The translations under genes were made by a program, and so were the position numbers. From a virus (Duplodnaviria > Caudoviricetes), in IMG/VR virus record IMGVR_UViG_3300042922_000577, positions 1 through 53,330 of that record: 53,330 nt of DNA; one strand, 5' to 3'. Below are positions 9,379 to 18,336 of the stretch, piece after piece. The notes below the pieces were generated by a model, which did no database searches, was not told the origin of the DNA, and saw only the letters and a list, made by a program, of their open reading frames with translations. The first letter of the stretch is position 1. Each line of letters begins with the position of its first letter.

Positions 9379-9716
9379 TGGGTAGCGGAGTCCCGATCCA
9401 CTGGACGTACGATTCCTACCTGCGCGCCCAGCGCCCCCGGCACTTCCGTCGTCCCGCTGGCCTGAAGCCGGTGAGCGGCGGCCGGTGGTCTATCCGGAAA
9501 TACCACGTCCGCGAAGGGCAGAAGGCCTGGCGAGCGTGGACCGAGCGCGGCACCAGGGCCAATCGCTGGTCACGTCGATTCCACACCCAGGCCGAGGCGT
9601 TCGCGTGGGCGGCATTCGTGTCCGGCATCTACGCCGACCGGACCATCCCACCCTCCCTGAAGGATCAGGTGATCCGAGGTCGGGTCCAGGATCAGCGGGC
9701 GGCAGAACGGCGATGA
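9378..9716 (+). CDS. basic, Trp-rich hypothetical protein
   Basis: TGATG coupling. Confidence 0.6.
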   Translation: MGSGVPIHWTYDSYLRAQRPRHFRRPAGLKPVSGGRWSIRKYHVREGQKAWRAWTERGTRANRWSRRFHTQAEAFAWAAFVSGIYADRTIPPSLKDQVIRGRVQDQRAAERR

Positions 9717-9913
9717 CGGGACGCGGGCGGCCGGTGGCCGAGACGATCGAGGAGGCGACGTTCCTGTTGTCCTGCGGCGAGTCTCCGGAGCAGGTCGCCT
9801 ACATCCTGGGCGTGAAGCCCCAGTCGGTGGCGCGGACCGCGCGCCGTGGCGGCGACACTGAACTGGCCTTGATCTTCGAGGCCCTGAGAAAGACATGGAG
9901 CGAGTTCGCGTGA
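9713..9913 (+). CDS. small helix-turn-helix DNA-binding protein
   Basis: GESPEQVAYILGVKPQSVAR HTH pattern. Confidence 0.7.
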   Translation: MTGRGRPVAETIEEATFLLSCGESPEQVAYILGVKPQSVARTARRGGDTELALIFEALRKTWSEFA

Positions 9914-11571
9914 CCCAGCTGACCCCCTACAACTTCCAGCAGGCCGACATCAACGCGCTCATGCGCGGCGGTGGAACGGGCCTGGTGGTCGCCGAGGTGG
10001 GCGCCGGGAAGACCATGATCGCCGCGGGCGCGGTCGCGCAGATGCGCCCCGCCTCGACGCTGATCCTCGCCCCCCAGGGCACGCACGAGACCGTCTGGCG
10101 GAAGACGTTCACCGGCTTCTTCGATACCGACCCGGAGAGCCCCACGTACGGCGAGTGGATCGACGGCGTGGCGCCGGACATGCCGGTGTTCCGGATCGAC
10201 TCATCGGAGCCCGGCAAGCGGGCCATGTCCGACCTGGAGTTCAACACGCCGGGCGTCTACCTGATGACCCCGCAGCTGTTCACGAGGTGGAGCCCGATTC
10301 ATCTCCGCCCGGACATGACGATCGTGGACGAGTTCCACCTGTTCGGCAACTCCGACACCAAGGGCGGGAAGCTCATCCGGAAGTTCTCCGGATCGACCGG
10401 CGCCCGGATGCCGATGTCCGGCACGATGGTGCGCAACAAGTTCGAGAATATGTGGACCGCCATGCGGTTCGCCTACCCCGAGCGCGGCAAGCCCGGCGAC
10501 ATCGCCGACGTGTCGAAGAACCGGTGGATCGACGACAACTGCGCCACCGAGTACGACTTCCACGCACCGGGTAACCGGAAGGTCGTCGGCGAACTGAACC
10601 CCGGCGAGTTCGTCGAAAAGGTGCCGGTCTACCGCCAGCACTTCAAGCGCCAGGCGTGCTGCGAGTTCCACCCGGACGGCTTCCTGTCGCACCTGCCCGA
10701 GCCGGTGCTCATCCAGGAGACCGTCGAGCTTCTGCCCGAGCAGAAGGCGGCCATCATGCAGATGGAGCGCGACTACCTCGCCTACCTGAACGTGGCCACC
10801 GAGGAGTGGCAGAAGCTCCCGCCCGAGGAGCGCAAGAAGCGCGCCCTGGTCACGAAGGTGCCGATCGTCCGCACGACCCGCATCGAGCAGATGACCCTCG
10901 CTGTCCCCTCGATCCTGCCGCGCGAGTGGAAGGGCAAGCCGGTGAAGATCGACGGCGTGCTCCAGCCCGAGCGCTGGTGGGGGACCGAGGGCGAGCAGTT
11001 CCAGTGGATCGAGGTCAACGGCGAGGACTTCATGCAGTCCCTCGACGAGAAGTTCGGCACGGCGGAGTGGGACGTGGTGTTCGCCCCCGACGCCAAGAGC
11101 CCGAAGCTCGATCGCCTCGTGGAGAAGTACCGCGAATACGACGAGCCCATGGTGGCCGCGACCTCCAGCCAGAAGTTCGCCGAGCTTGCCGTGAACCGGC
11201 TGAACGGCATGGGCATCCGGGCGTTCGAGTGGTCCGGCGTGAAGAACCAGACCGAGCGCGACGCCGCGCTGGCCGCCTTCGAGCGCGGCGAACTCGACAT
11301 CATCGTGGGCCAGACCGACGCCATCGGCACCGGCATCGACGGCCTCCAGCTGGCCAGCGGCATCCTCGTGCGCCTGAACCGCTCCGGCGATGTGGCGGGC
11401 GAGACGCAGCTGGAAGGCCGCCTGGACCGGCGAGGGCAGAAGCGCGAGACTGGCGTCATCGCCATCGAGATCATCGCCGAGGGCACCCGCGATCTCGACC
11501 GCGTGCACTCGCAGATCGAGAAGCGCCTGAAGCTGAACCGCAGCTTGCGCCGCAGCGTCACCGCGGCATAA
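9910..11571 (+). CDS. superfamily 2 (DExH) DNA helicase
   Basis: Q motif YNFQQ, Walker A AEVGAGKT, DEFH, motif III SGT, GTGIDGLQ and QLEGRLDRRGQ. Confidence 0.9.
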   Translation: MTQLTPYNFQQADINALMRGGGTGLVVAEVGAGKTMIAAGAVAQMRPASTLILAPQGTHETVWRKTFTGFFDTDPESPTYGEWIDGVAPDMPVFRIDSSEPGKRAMSDLEFNTPGVYLMTPQLFTRWSPIHLRPDMTIVDEFHLFGNSDTKGGKLIRKFSGSTGARMPMSGTMVRNKFENMWTAMRFAYPERGKPGDIADVSKNRWIDDNCATEYDFHAPGNRKVVGELNPGEFVEKVPVYRQHFKRQACCEFHPDGFLSHLPEPVLIQETVELLPEQKAAIMQMERDYLAYLNVATEEWQKLPPEERKKRALVTKVPIVRTTRIEQMTLAVPSILPREWKGKPVKIDGVLQPERWWGTEGEQFQWIEVNGEDFMQSLDEKFGTAEWDVVFAPDAKSPKLDRLVEKYREYDEPMVAATSSQKFAELAVNRLNGMGIRAFEWSGVKNQTERDAALAAFERGELDIIVGQTDAIGTGIDGLQLASGILVRLNRSGDVAGETQLEGRLDRRGQKRETGVIAIEIIAEGTRDLDRVHSQIEKRLKLNRSLRRSVTAA

Positions 11572-11586
11572 GATACAAACGCACAT
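11545..11586 (+). promoter_or_regulatory. SigA-like promoter TTGCGC-18-TAAGAT with operator half-site just downstream
   Basis: acaaacgcacat at 11575-11586, directly after the -10. Confidence 0.65.
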
Positions 11587-11613
11587 CCCATTCACCGAGC
11601 AGAGGAGAACCCC

Positions 11614-11793
11614 ATGGGTGCAACACCCACGCAGGATCAGATCGCAGACGCCGAGAACCGGGCACAGGACATCATCGACGAGGGTGGTTCGCGCTGGCCC
11701 GGGATGTCCTACGAGCAGGGGGTGGTCAACGCGATCCGCTGGATGAACGGCGACACCGACGAAGACCCGACCCGTGACGAGGACGACGCCTGA
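11614..11793 (+). CDS. small acidic protein (59 aa, MGATPTQDQ...)
   Basis: GAGGAG RBS; translated by hand. Confidence 0.65.
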   Translation: MGATPTQDQIADAENRAQDIIDEGGSRWPGMSYEQGVVNAIRWMNGDTDEDPTRDEDDA

Positions 11794-12230
11794 TGGCCTC
11801 GCGTGCCGCGCTCCTGAAGCGCAACCCCCTCGTCATCGCGTCGCGTCAGTTCCTGACCGATAACGCGGTCAACCCCGACCGGGTGGACATCGACTCCCTG
11901 CGCGCCCAGGCGTTCGGCGACAAGTCGGTCCAGGTGCGGGCCGAGGTCATGCTGACCATGCCCGCCGACGACTTCTGGCAGGCCATCCGCGACGCCCAGG
12001 AGCAGATCGCCGCCGAGGCCGCCGAGGAGGCGCGCCTGGCCGACCAGGAGGCGCACGAGGTCGCCGTCGCCGAGCAGGGCGAGGCCGCGTTCCAGGCCAC
12101 CGAGGCCGAGGCGGAGCAGATCGCAGCCCTCGGCAAGCAGCTGGGCGTCGAGTCCAGCGAGACCTTCGCGGCAACCGTCGCGGAGTTCGACGGTCACACC
12201 ACGGCCGACGACGGAGACGAGGGATTCTGA
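11793..12230 (+). CDS. acidic coiled-coil protein ending DDGDEGF
   Basis: TGATG coupling; SSB-like tail. Confidence 0.75.
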   Translation: MASRAALLKRNPLVIASRQFLTDNAVNPDRVDIDSLRAQAFGDKSVQVRAEVMLTMPADDFWQAIRDAQEQIAAEAAEEARLADQEAHEVAVAEQGEAAFQATEAEAEQIAALGKQLGVESSETFAATVAEFDGHTTADDGDEGF

Positions 12231-12895
12231 TGACCAGTCGACAGTTCGGTTTCGCACTGAAGGTGCTCATCGTCGCGATCGTCGTGGCAGGCCTCGCCCT
12301 GTTCGGGATCGCCGCCGCCGCCATTATCAACGCCACCCCGGCCGCCGCGACCGAGGAGTGGACGCCGCCGCCCGCCGAGCAGGAGCCCGCGCTTCCTGCC
12401 GATGGCGTCGAGTCCCTGACCTACGCCGATGGCGCCTGGACCATCACCCTGTCGTCGGCCGACGCCTCCGAGGTGAAGCTGATCAACCCCAGCCCACAGA
12501 TCATCGCGTGCTCCGAGCACGACGGTCAGTCGAAGAACGGACATCCGGTATGCGACAAGACGACGTACACGTTCCCGACGACGGCGCGCTGCGTGATGGT
12601 GCAGGTGGACTGGACGGGGAACGTCTACAACTCGACGGACCCATGGAGGTGCCACGAGGGCGGCGAGCCCTCTTCATCGCCGACGCCGACGACATCCCCG
12701 ACGCCAACCACGTCACCGTCACCGACCTCGCCCGAGCCCGAGTCGTCCACGCCTCCTTCGAAGCCGAGCCCTTCCCCTTCGGAGACGACTGGGCCAGGGA
12801 GCGAGCCCGCCAGTCCCTCATCGCCTCGGTCATCGACCCCCGCCCCGGCATCACCCGCCTCACCGGCGCCTGAGCCCCTGGTGGCCACGGGATGA
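12230..12895 (+). CDS. secreted/surface protein: signal peptide, 4-Cys domain, Pro/Ser/Thr linker, terminal LVATG
   Basis: Hydrophobic N-terminus ending PAAA; PST-rich stalk. Confidence 0.75.
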   Translation: MTSRQFGFALKVLIVAIVVAGLALFGIAAAAIINATPAAATEEWTPPPAEQEPALPADGVESLTYADGAWTITLSSADASEVKLINPSPQIIACSEHDGQSKNGHPVCDKTTYTFPTTARCVMVQVDWTGNVYNSTDPWRCHEGGEPSSSPTPTTSPTPTTSPSPTSPEPESSTPPSKPSPSPSETTGPGSEPASPSSPRSSTPAPASPASPAPEPLVATG

Positions 12896-13695
12896 GTGAG
12901 CCCACACTGGGTGAAGCCCTGCCGTCTCGGATCGGCGTGTTCGACACCGAGACGGACGGGGTGGACCTGGAGGACACGCGCATCATCACGGCCTTCATCG
13001 GCGTGATGGACACGGCCACCGGCGCGGTCATCGAGCGGCACGAGTGGGTGCTCCAGCCCGAGCGGCCGATCCCGACCGTGGCGAGCGACATCCACGGCTA
13101 CACCACGGAGCGCGCCGAGCGCGAGGGTGTGGGGCGGCGCCTGGGCCTACTTCAGATCGCCGAGCAGCTGATGCGCCTGGGGCTGAACACGCCGATCGTG
13201 GCCATGAACGCGATCTACGACTTCACGATCCTGGATCGTGAGCTAGGCCGCGTTGGTCTCGACGATGAGTTCGGCAGTCCGATCGAGCTTTGTGAGCGGG
13301 ACGAGACCGGCGCTGTCATTTGGCCGCTGGTGTTCGATCCGATGGTGTTCGACCGAGCGATCGACAAGTACCGGAAGGGCAAGCGGACGCTCGTGGACCT
13401 CTGCAAGGTCTACGGGGTGCCGGTGGAGGCGAACGCGCACGACGCCGAGGCCGACTGCCGCATGGCCGGGCGCGTCGCGATCAAGCTCATGGGCCATTCC
13501 CGGCTCCAGGACTTGACCATCGAGGAGGTCCACCGGAAGCTCATCGCGACGCACCGGTCGAACTCGCTGAGCCTGGCCGACTACTGGCAGAAGACCCTGA
13601 ACCGGCTCTCCGGCCAGGAGCGTGCCGACAAGGTGGCAGCCATCGCCGAGGTGCGCGGACGGGCCGGTCTCTGGCCGTGTCTGCCCCGCACATGA
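12892..13695 (+). CDS. DnaQ-like DEDDh 3'-5' exonuclease
   Basis: ExoI FDTETDG, ExoII NAIYD, ExoIII AHDAEAD. Confidence 0.9.
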   Translation: MSEPTLGEALPSRIGVFDTETDGVDLEDTRIITAFIGVMDTATGAVIERHEWVLQPERPIPTVASDIHGYTTERAEREGVGRRLGLLQIAEQLMRLGLNTPIVAMNAIYDFTILDRELGRVGLDDEFGSPIELCERDETGAVIWPLVFDPMVFDRAIDKYRKGKRTLVDLCKVYGVPVEANAHDAEADCRMAGRVAIKLMGHSRLQDLTIEEVHRKLIATHRSNSLSLADYWQKTLNRLSGQERADKVAAIAEVRGRAGLWPCLPRT

Positions 13696-13717
13696 ACCAC
13701 ACGAATCGGAGTACGAC

Positions 13718-14152
13718 ATGAGCGGATTCGACCAGGCCCGAATCGCCGGAGTCGTCGGGGTGGCGAAGGGAATGAGCCCATGGTTTACGAAGAAGGCCGA
13801 CGAGATCCTGATGCGGATCAAGACCGACACGCACGACGACGTGATGCTCTATCACGACGCGGTATCGGTCCTGGTGGCTGCTCGTGGCGTGCTCAACCTC
13901 GTCGCGAACCTGCCCCTCGACGAGGCCATGAAGCGCCTCAGCGAGGCGGCGCGGCCGGGCCCGTGGCGTGCGTACGAGACGGTGCAGGCCGACAACTTCA
14001 TCGTGGAGGAGTCGCAGGGACTCTTGAACGGCCCCGGCCCGGTCATGGGGCCGTCGTACGACAAGTCGACCGTCGAGTACGTGGTCGCGCTCGTCAACGC
14101 GCACCGCGCCACGCTCGACGCCGCCGAGCCGACCGGGGAGGAGAGCCGATGA
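13718..14152 (+). CDS. hypothetical protein
   Basis: GGAG RBS; EAARPGPW motif. Confidence 0.65.
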   Translation: MSGFDQARIAGVVGVAKGMSPWFTKKADEILMRIKTDTHDDVMLYHDAVSVLVAARGVLNLVANLPLDEAMKRLSEAARPGPWRAYETVQADNFIVEESQGLLNGPGPVMGPSYDKSTVEYVVALVNAHRATLDAAEPTGEESR

Positions 14153-14394
14153 GCCTCGCCGCAGCACCCCGAGATGCGAGCTGGTGGCAGCACCCCGACG
14201 TGCACTCGTTCAAGGTCGTGCACGCGGACAACGGCGACGCCTTCGCACAGTGCAACACGGGCCAGCCGCTCTGCGACTCGCCGCGCTGGGAGGACGCCCG
14301 CGAGGTGCCCGCCGGCGCGCGGTGCCGACGCCGTGCCTGCGCTGCAGCGTTCGCCGCCGCAGACTCCGGTTCGACCGGATCGGAGGATGACTGA
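14149..14394 (+). CDS. small Cys-rich protein
   Basis: ATGA coupling; H...C...CRRRAC. Confidence 0.6.
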   Translation: MSLAAAPRDASWWQHPDVHSFKVVHADNGDAFAQCNTGQPLCDSPRWEDAREVPAGARCRRRACAAAFAAADSGSTGSEDD

Positions 14395-14401
14395 CCTCGA
14401 C

Positions 14402-14443
14402 TTGCACTACCCGGCCACCTGGCCATAGGATACAAACGCACAT
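14402..14443 (+). promoter_or_regulatory. SigA-like promoter TTGCAC-18-TAGGAT with operator half-site just downstream
   Basis: acaaacgcacat at 14432-14443, followed by the ACGAAGGAGCAGAAC RBS. Confidence 0.7.
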
Positions 14444-14469
14444 CCCAACCACGAAGGAGCAGAACCGCA

Positions 14470-15678
14470 ATGAGCGAACCCACCACCACGGTCGAAGAGG
14501 TCGAGCGCTCCGGCGCCCCCGCCGCTCTCGACCCGTTCGGCCGCCTGAACTCGACGGTCACGAACTTCATCGCCGAGAACGTCGAGGGTGACGGCATCCA
14601 CGCCGCCCTCTGGGCCGCGAAGGTCGCCCTGCCCGCGATCGAGCGCAACGGTCAGCTGACCCTCGGGTCCAACAGCGTCGCGTTCACCAAGGTCGACGAC
14701 ATCCGCAAGGCGCTCTACCCGTTCTTCGCGCAGTTCGGCATCATGGCCTACCTCGAACTCGTCTCCTCCGACGAGACGCTTCAGGTGGCCGAGGAGCCCT
14801 GGACGCAGGCGCAGGCCGTCAAGTCGGACGGCACGGTCGGCAACGGCGGCATCATCGGCAACACCGGCCGCCCGATCCGCGACGGCCGCATTCCGACGAC
14901 CCGCATGTGGGCCTGGGTCGAGTACCAGATGCGTTTCACCTTCATCCTCGACGGCAGCCAGGTCGTCGTCGGCCCGGTCAAGGGCTCGGCGTACGACACG
15001 AACTCCGACAAGGCCACCGGCAAGGCGACCACCGCGGCGATCAAGCGCATCCTCGCCGAGACGTTCGACATCGTGGACGAGAAGGAGGAGGACAACGACT
15101 CCAACAACCACGAAGACGACAACCGCGCGGCCACGACCGACCGGCGTGTCCCGCAGGAGGGTGCCGACCGTGGCACCCAGGCACGCGGTGCGGCGGCGCC
15201 CGGCGCATCCGCTCGCCCCGGCCGCCCCAGCCGCGCGAAGAAGGCCGAGGAGCCCGCAGCCCCGGCCGCACCCGTCGAGGAGAAGCCCGCAGCGGCCCCC
15301 ACGCCGCCCGCGGCGCCCGAGCCCGCTGTCGAGACCCCCGCGCCCGCCGCCGAGGCGCCCGTGGCCCCGCAGCAGCCCTCGGACGAGGCCATCGCGGCGG
15401 CCGACACCACCACCGGCGAGGTCGTCGACGAGACGCCCGCGCCCACGGTCCAGCCCGAGACGCCCCCGGCGCCGCCCACCGCACCCATGCCCGACGCACT
15501 CGCGGCGGCCAAGGGTCGCGTGAAGGCGGCCAACGGCAAACTCGGCCTGTCGTCGGCGGAGGTCGATGCCATCGCCGCCCAGGTCACGGGCATCGAGACC
15601 CGCGCCGAGTGGATCACGAAGGGCACCGCCGTCGCGAAGCTCGCCGACGCGCTGGAAGCCAAGGTCGCGGCTCTGTGA
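14470..15678 (+). CDS. ERF-family single-strand annealing protein with long Pro/Ala linker
   Basis: ERF-like GSAYDTNSDKATGKATTAAIKRIL motif; located near the exonuclease and SSB. Confidence 0.75.
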   Translation: MSEPTTTVEEVERSGAPAALDPFGRLNSTVTNFIAENVEGDGIHAALWAAKVALPAIERNGQLTLGSNSVAFTKVDDIRKALYPFFAQFGIMAYLELVSSDETLQVAEEPWTQAQAVKSDGTVGNGGIIGNTGRPIRDGRIPTTRMWAWVEYQMRFTFILDGSQVVVGPVKGSAYDTNSDKATGKATTAAIKRILAETFDIVDEKEEDNDSNNHEDDNRAATTDRRVPQEGADRGTQARGAAAPGASARPGRPSRAKKAEEPAAPAAPVEEKPAAAPTPPAAPEPAVETPAPAAEAPVAPQQPSDEAIAAADTTTGEVVDETPAPTVQPETPPAPPTAPMPDALAAAKGRVKAANGKLGLSSAEVDAIAAQVTGIETRAEWITKGTAVAKLADALEAKVAAL

Positions 15679-16223
15679 CCGGCATCACCAAGGGGGCGAC
15701 GGTCCGCGCTCTGAAGCGTGGCACGAGCACGATGGGGCAGGCCCGTATCAGCTACCAGAAGGGCGACGAGCTTCTGGTGACGTACGTCCGGAAGGACGGA
15801 TACCTGAAGGTCCAGCACATCCGCAGCGACCGGTTCGTCGGCCGAAGCTTCCTCATCGAATCCGAGGATGTCGAAGGACCGCTCCGCCCCCTTGGTGAGG
15901 TGCCGGAAGGCTCCATCGCCGCCGACGATCCGCGCCTCGACTGGCTGTGGGAAGACGCCGAGCGCGTCGCCAATATGTCCGGCTTCTGCACCGAGTACGA
16001 CAAGCTACTGAAGGAACTGAACCTCCCGGGCCGCCTGCGTACGCACACGGTCAAGATGCTCACCGGCGACGGCATCGAGATCGTCGCCAAGGTGAAGGCT
16101 CGCAGCCTCCGCCAGGCCGAGGAGCGCCTGCGCAAGCAGCTGCACACGCACGAGATCAACGAGACATCTATCGAGGGCCGCGACACGTCGCTCATGCTCT
16201 CGGGAAGCTACGAGGTGGAGTAA
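15675..16223 (+). CDS. hypothetical protein
   Basis: GTGA coupling. Confidence 0.65.
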   Translation: MTGITKGATVRALKRGTSTMGQARISYQKGDELLVTYVRKDGYLKVQHIRSDRFVGRSFLIESEDVEGPLRPLGEVPEGSIAADDPRLDWLWEDAERVANMSGFCTEYDKLLKELNLPGRLRTHTVKMLTGDGIEIVAKVKARSLRQAEERLRKQLHTHEINETSIEGRDTSLMLSGSYEVE

Positions 16224-16438
16224 TGGGTACCGCAGAGAACGACTCCCGCACGACGACCTACACGTTCACCAAGGACGACCTCCTGAAGCTGGAGGCGGCG
16301 ATCAAGCTCGGGGGCAAGGCCCTGGTTCAGACGATGGACGTGACCGACATCGAAGGTGCCGAGCGATCCGAGGCGCTGTACGACTGGATGCTCGCGATGC
16401 TGAACGACATCACGGAGCAGCTGCGAGGTCTCCAGTGA
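16223..16438 (+). CDS. hypothetical protein
   Basis: TAATG coupling, GAGG RBS. Confidence 0.65.
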   Translation: MGTAENDSRTTTYTFTKDDLLKLEAAIKLGGKALVQTMDVTDIEGAERSEALYDWMLAMLNDITEQLRGLQ

Positions 16439-16695
16439 CCCACTACACCGACAACCCCGGGATGGTCCGGGTCGACTACTACAAGCCCGGCGGCAAGTGG
16501 TACATGACTGAAGCGCACGACATGAGCGAGTTCTACGACGACTCGGACATCCACGAGGCGGTGCGCCAGATGCTGAAGAAGGCCGACCGGTACCTGCCCC
16601 ACTTCACGATCGTCGTGCAGGAGCCGTACCACCGAAACGCCTACCCGGTCATGCTGATCGCTGACGACGTGCGTGAAGGGCTGGCCGCTCGATGA
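16435..16695 (+). CDS. hypothetical protein (YYKPGGKWY motif)
   Basis: GTGA coupling. Confidence 0.7.
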   Translation: MTHYTDNPGMVRVDYYKPGGKWYMTEAHDMSEFYDDSDIHEAVRQMLKKADRYLPHFTIVVQEPYHRNAYPVMLIADDVREGLAAR

Positions 16696-17720
16696 GTCAC
16701 CCGAAGCTCGCGCGCAAGTCTTCCGGCTTCGGCGGTCGCGGCTACGGCATCCCCGGGCGCACGCACCCCAGCCCGACCACCGGCAAGCCACTCCAGACGA
16801 TCTACCCGTCCGTGACCACGATCCTGAAGTCCGTGGCCAAGCCCGGCCTGCACCAGTGGATCGCCGACCAAACGGCCGCCTACGCCGTGATGAACGTCAA
16901 CTACCTGATGCAGGTCGCCGACGAGGTGGCGTGGCGTCGCGTGCGGTTCTACTGGTCCGGGAAGCCGAAGGAGGTCGCGGCCGACCTGCGCACCTACCAC
17001 GAGGGGGTGCGCGACGACGCGGCCGAGATCGGGACCAACATCCACGAGTACATCGAGGCCGACGTGGACGAGTTCATGTCGCACCCGACGATGGACTCCG
17101 ACGAGATGGTCGAGATGGTCGAGGCGTGGGAGGAGTGGTTCTCGCAGCACCGCGTGACGATCCACGGCACCGAGTTCACGATGGTGAACGACACGCACGG
17201 CTGGGCGGGCACCGCTGACGGCGACTGGGAGATCACCTGCCTGCACGCCCCCGACGAGGATGGCCTGTACTGCCTGGGCCAGACGGTCGGCCCGCATCGT
17301 ACGCTGGTCGATGTGAAGTCCTCCCGCCACACCTGGGCCGAGCACGGCTATCAGCTGGCCGGGCTCGCAAACGGCGAGGTCGTCATGGTCGAGGCGACCC
17401 CCGACACGCCGGGCGCGCAGAAGGTGACCAAGACCGAGAGCGGCCAGAAGATCACCACGTACTGGCTGGAGCAGAAGCCCCCGACATGGGAGAGGTTCGC
17501 CCTCCTGCACATCCGTCCCGACGACCTCGACAAGGACGGCCAGCTGATTCCGTCGTTCTGCAAGCTCATCGACATGACCGAGGACATGGACCTGTATGCT
17601 GAAGGCTTCCAGGGAGCATACGCACTTACGAAGACCCAGCGGAAGCTGAAGGACCGTGCGAAGGAGCGCCGCCGCCAGACCGTCATGCTGGAGTCCCCGG
17701 ACTACCCCGAATCCAACTGA
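16692..17720 (+). CDS. PD-(D/E)XK (RecB/Cas4-like) recombination exonuclease
   Basis: PSVTTIL, AAEIGTNIH, WAGTAD, VDVKSS and YQLAG motifs. Confidence 0.85.
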   Translation: MSHPKLARKSSGFGGRGYGIPGRTHPSPTTGKPLQTIYPSVTTILKSVAKPGLHQWIADQTAAYAVMNVNYLMQVADEVAWRRVRFYWSGKPKEVAADLRTYHEGVRDDAAEIGTNIHEYIEADVDEFMSHPTMDSDEMVEMVEAWEEWFSQHRVTIHGTEFTMVNDTHGWAGTADGDWEITCLHAPDEDGLYCLGQTVGPHRTLVDVKSSRHTWAEHGYQLAGLANGEVVMVEATPDTPGAQKVTKTESGQKITTYWLEQKPPTWERFALLHIRPDDLDKDGQLIPSFCKLIDMTEDMDLYAEGFQGAYALTKTQRKLKDRAKERRRQTVMLESPDYPESN

Positions 17721-17755
17721 ACACCGATCCCATCACCACGAAGGAGCAGAGAATC

Positions 17756-18334
17756 ATGGCACGACGCCGCAACGCAATCTGGTACGAAGGCCGCATGGTC
17801 AACCGGGAGCCGAAGCCCGGGAAGCAGCGGCAGACGAAGCTCAGCCGCTCGAAGGCCGGGAAGTTCGTCCTGGACCTCCTGGTCGCCGAGGGCTTCCAGG
17901 AGAAGAACTCCAACGCCCCCGAGCGGTTCAAGGATGCGACCAAGGCCGCCGACGACTACGTGAACACGTACACGGCCTGGCACAAGGTCCGCATCTTCGC
18001 CGACGCCGACGACGCCGACTTCCTGGCTCTCGTCAGCGACCCGCAGTTCAACCACGGCTGCGTCATCGAGATCGACGCCTCGTACCGCGAGGAGGCGCCC
18101 TGGACCGACAACAACGGCATGCAGCACGCCGGTCGGCAGGAGACGATCTTCTGGGGCAAGGAGGACGGCGGTACGGTGAGCATCAAGGTGCTCCCCGATG
18201 GCCGCGTCCTGGGTGCGCGCGACGAGCACGCCGTTCCGCTCTACAACGGCAACTTCGACGCCCTGCCCCAGCTGGGCGGGTCGGGGGGTGGCGGCCCCGC
18301 CGCTCCCGAGTACGACGAAAACGAAGGGTTCTGA
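17756..18334 (+). CDS. single-stranded DNA-binding protein (divergent OB fold, Gly-rich linker, acidic tail YDENEGF)
   Basis: Position after the exonuclease; G.MVNREP...WHKVRIF pattern; SSB-type C-terminal architecture. Confidence 0.7.
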   Translation: MARRRNAIWYEGRMVNREPKPGKQRQTKLSRSKAGKFVLDLLVAEGFQEKNSNAPERFKDATKAADDYVNTYTAWHKVRIFADADDADFLALVSDPQFNHGCVIEIDASYREEAPWTDNNGMQHAGRQETIFWGKEDGGTVSIKVLPDGRVLGARDEHAVPLYNGNFDALPQLGGSGGGGPAAPEYDENEGF

Positions 18335-18336
18335 TC

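Noticed and set aside
16692-17720. Cas4-like nuclease as evidence of CRISPR
   Set aside because: I saw no repeat-spacer array or other cas genes; the ERF/SSB context indicates a recombination exonuclease.
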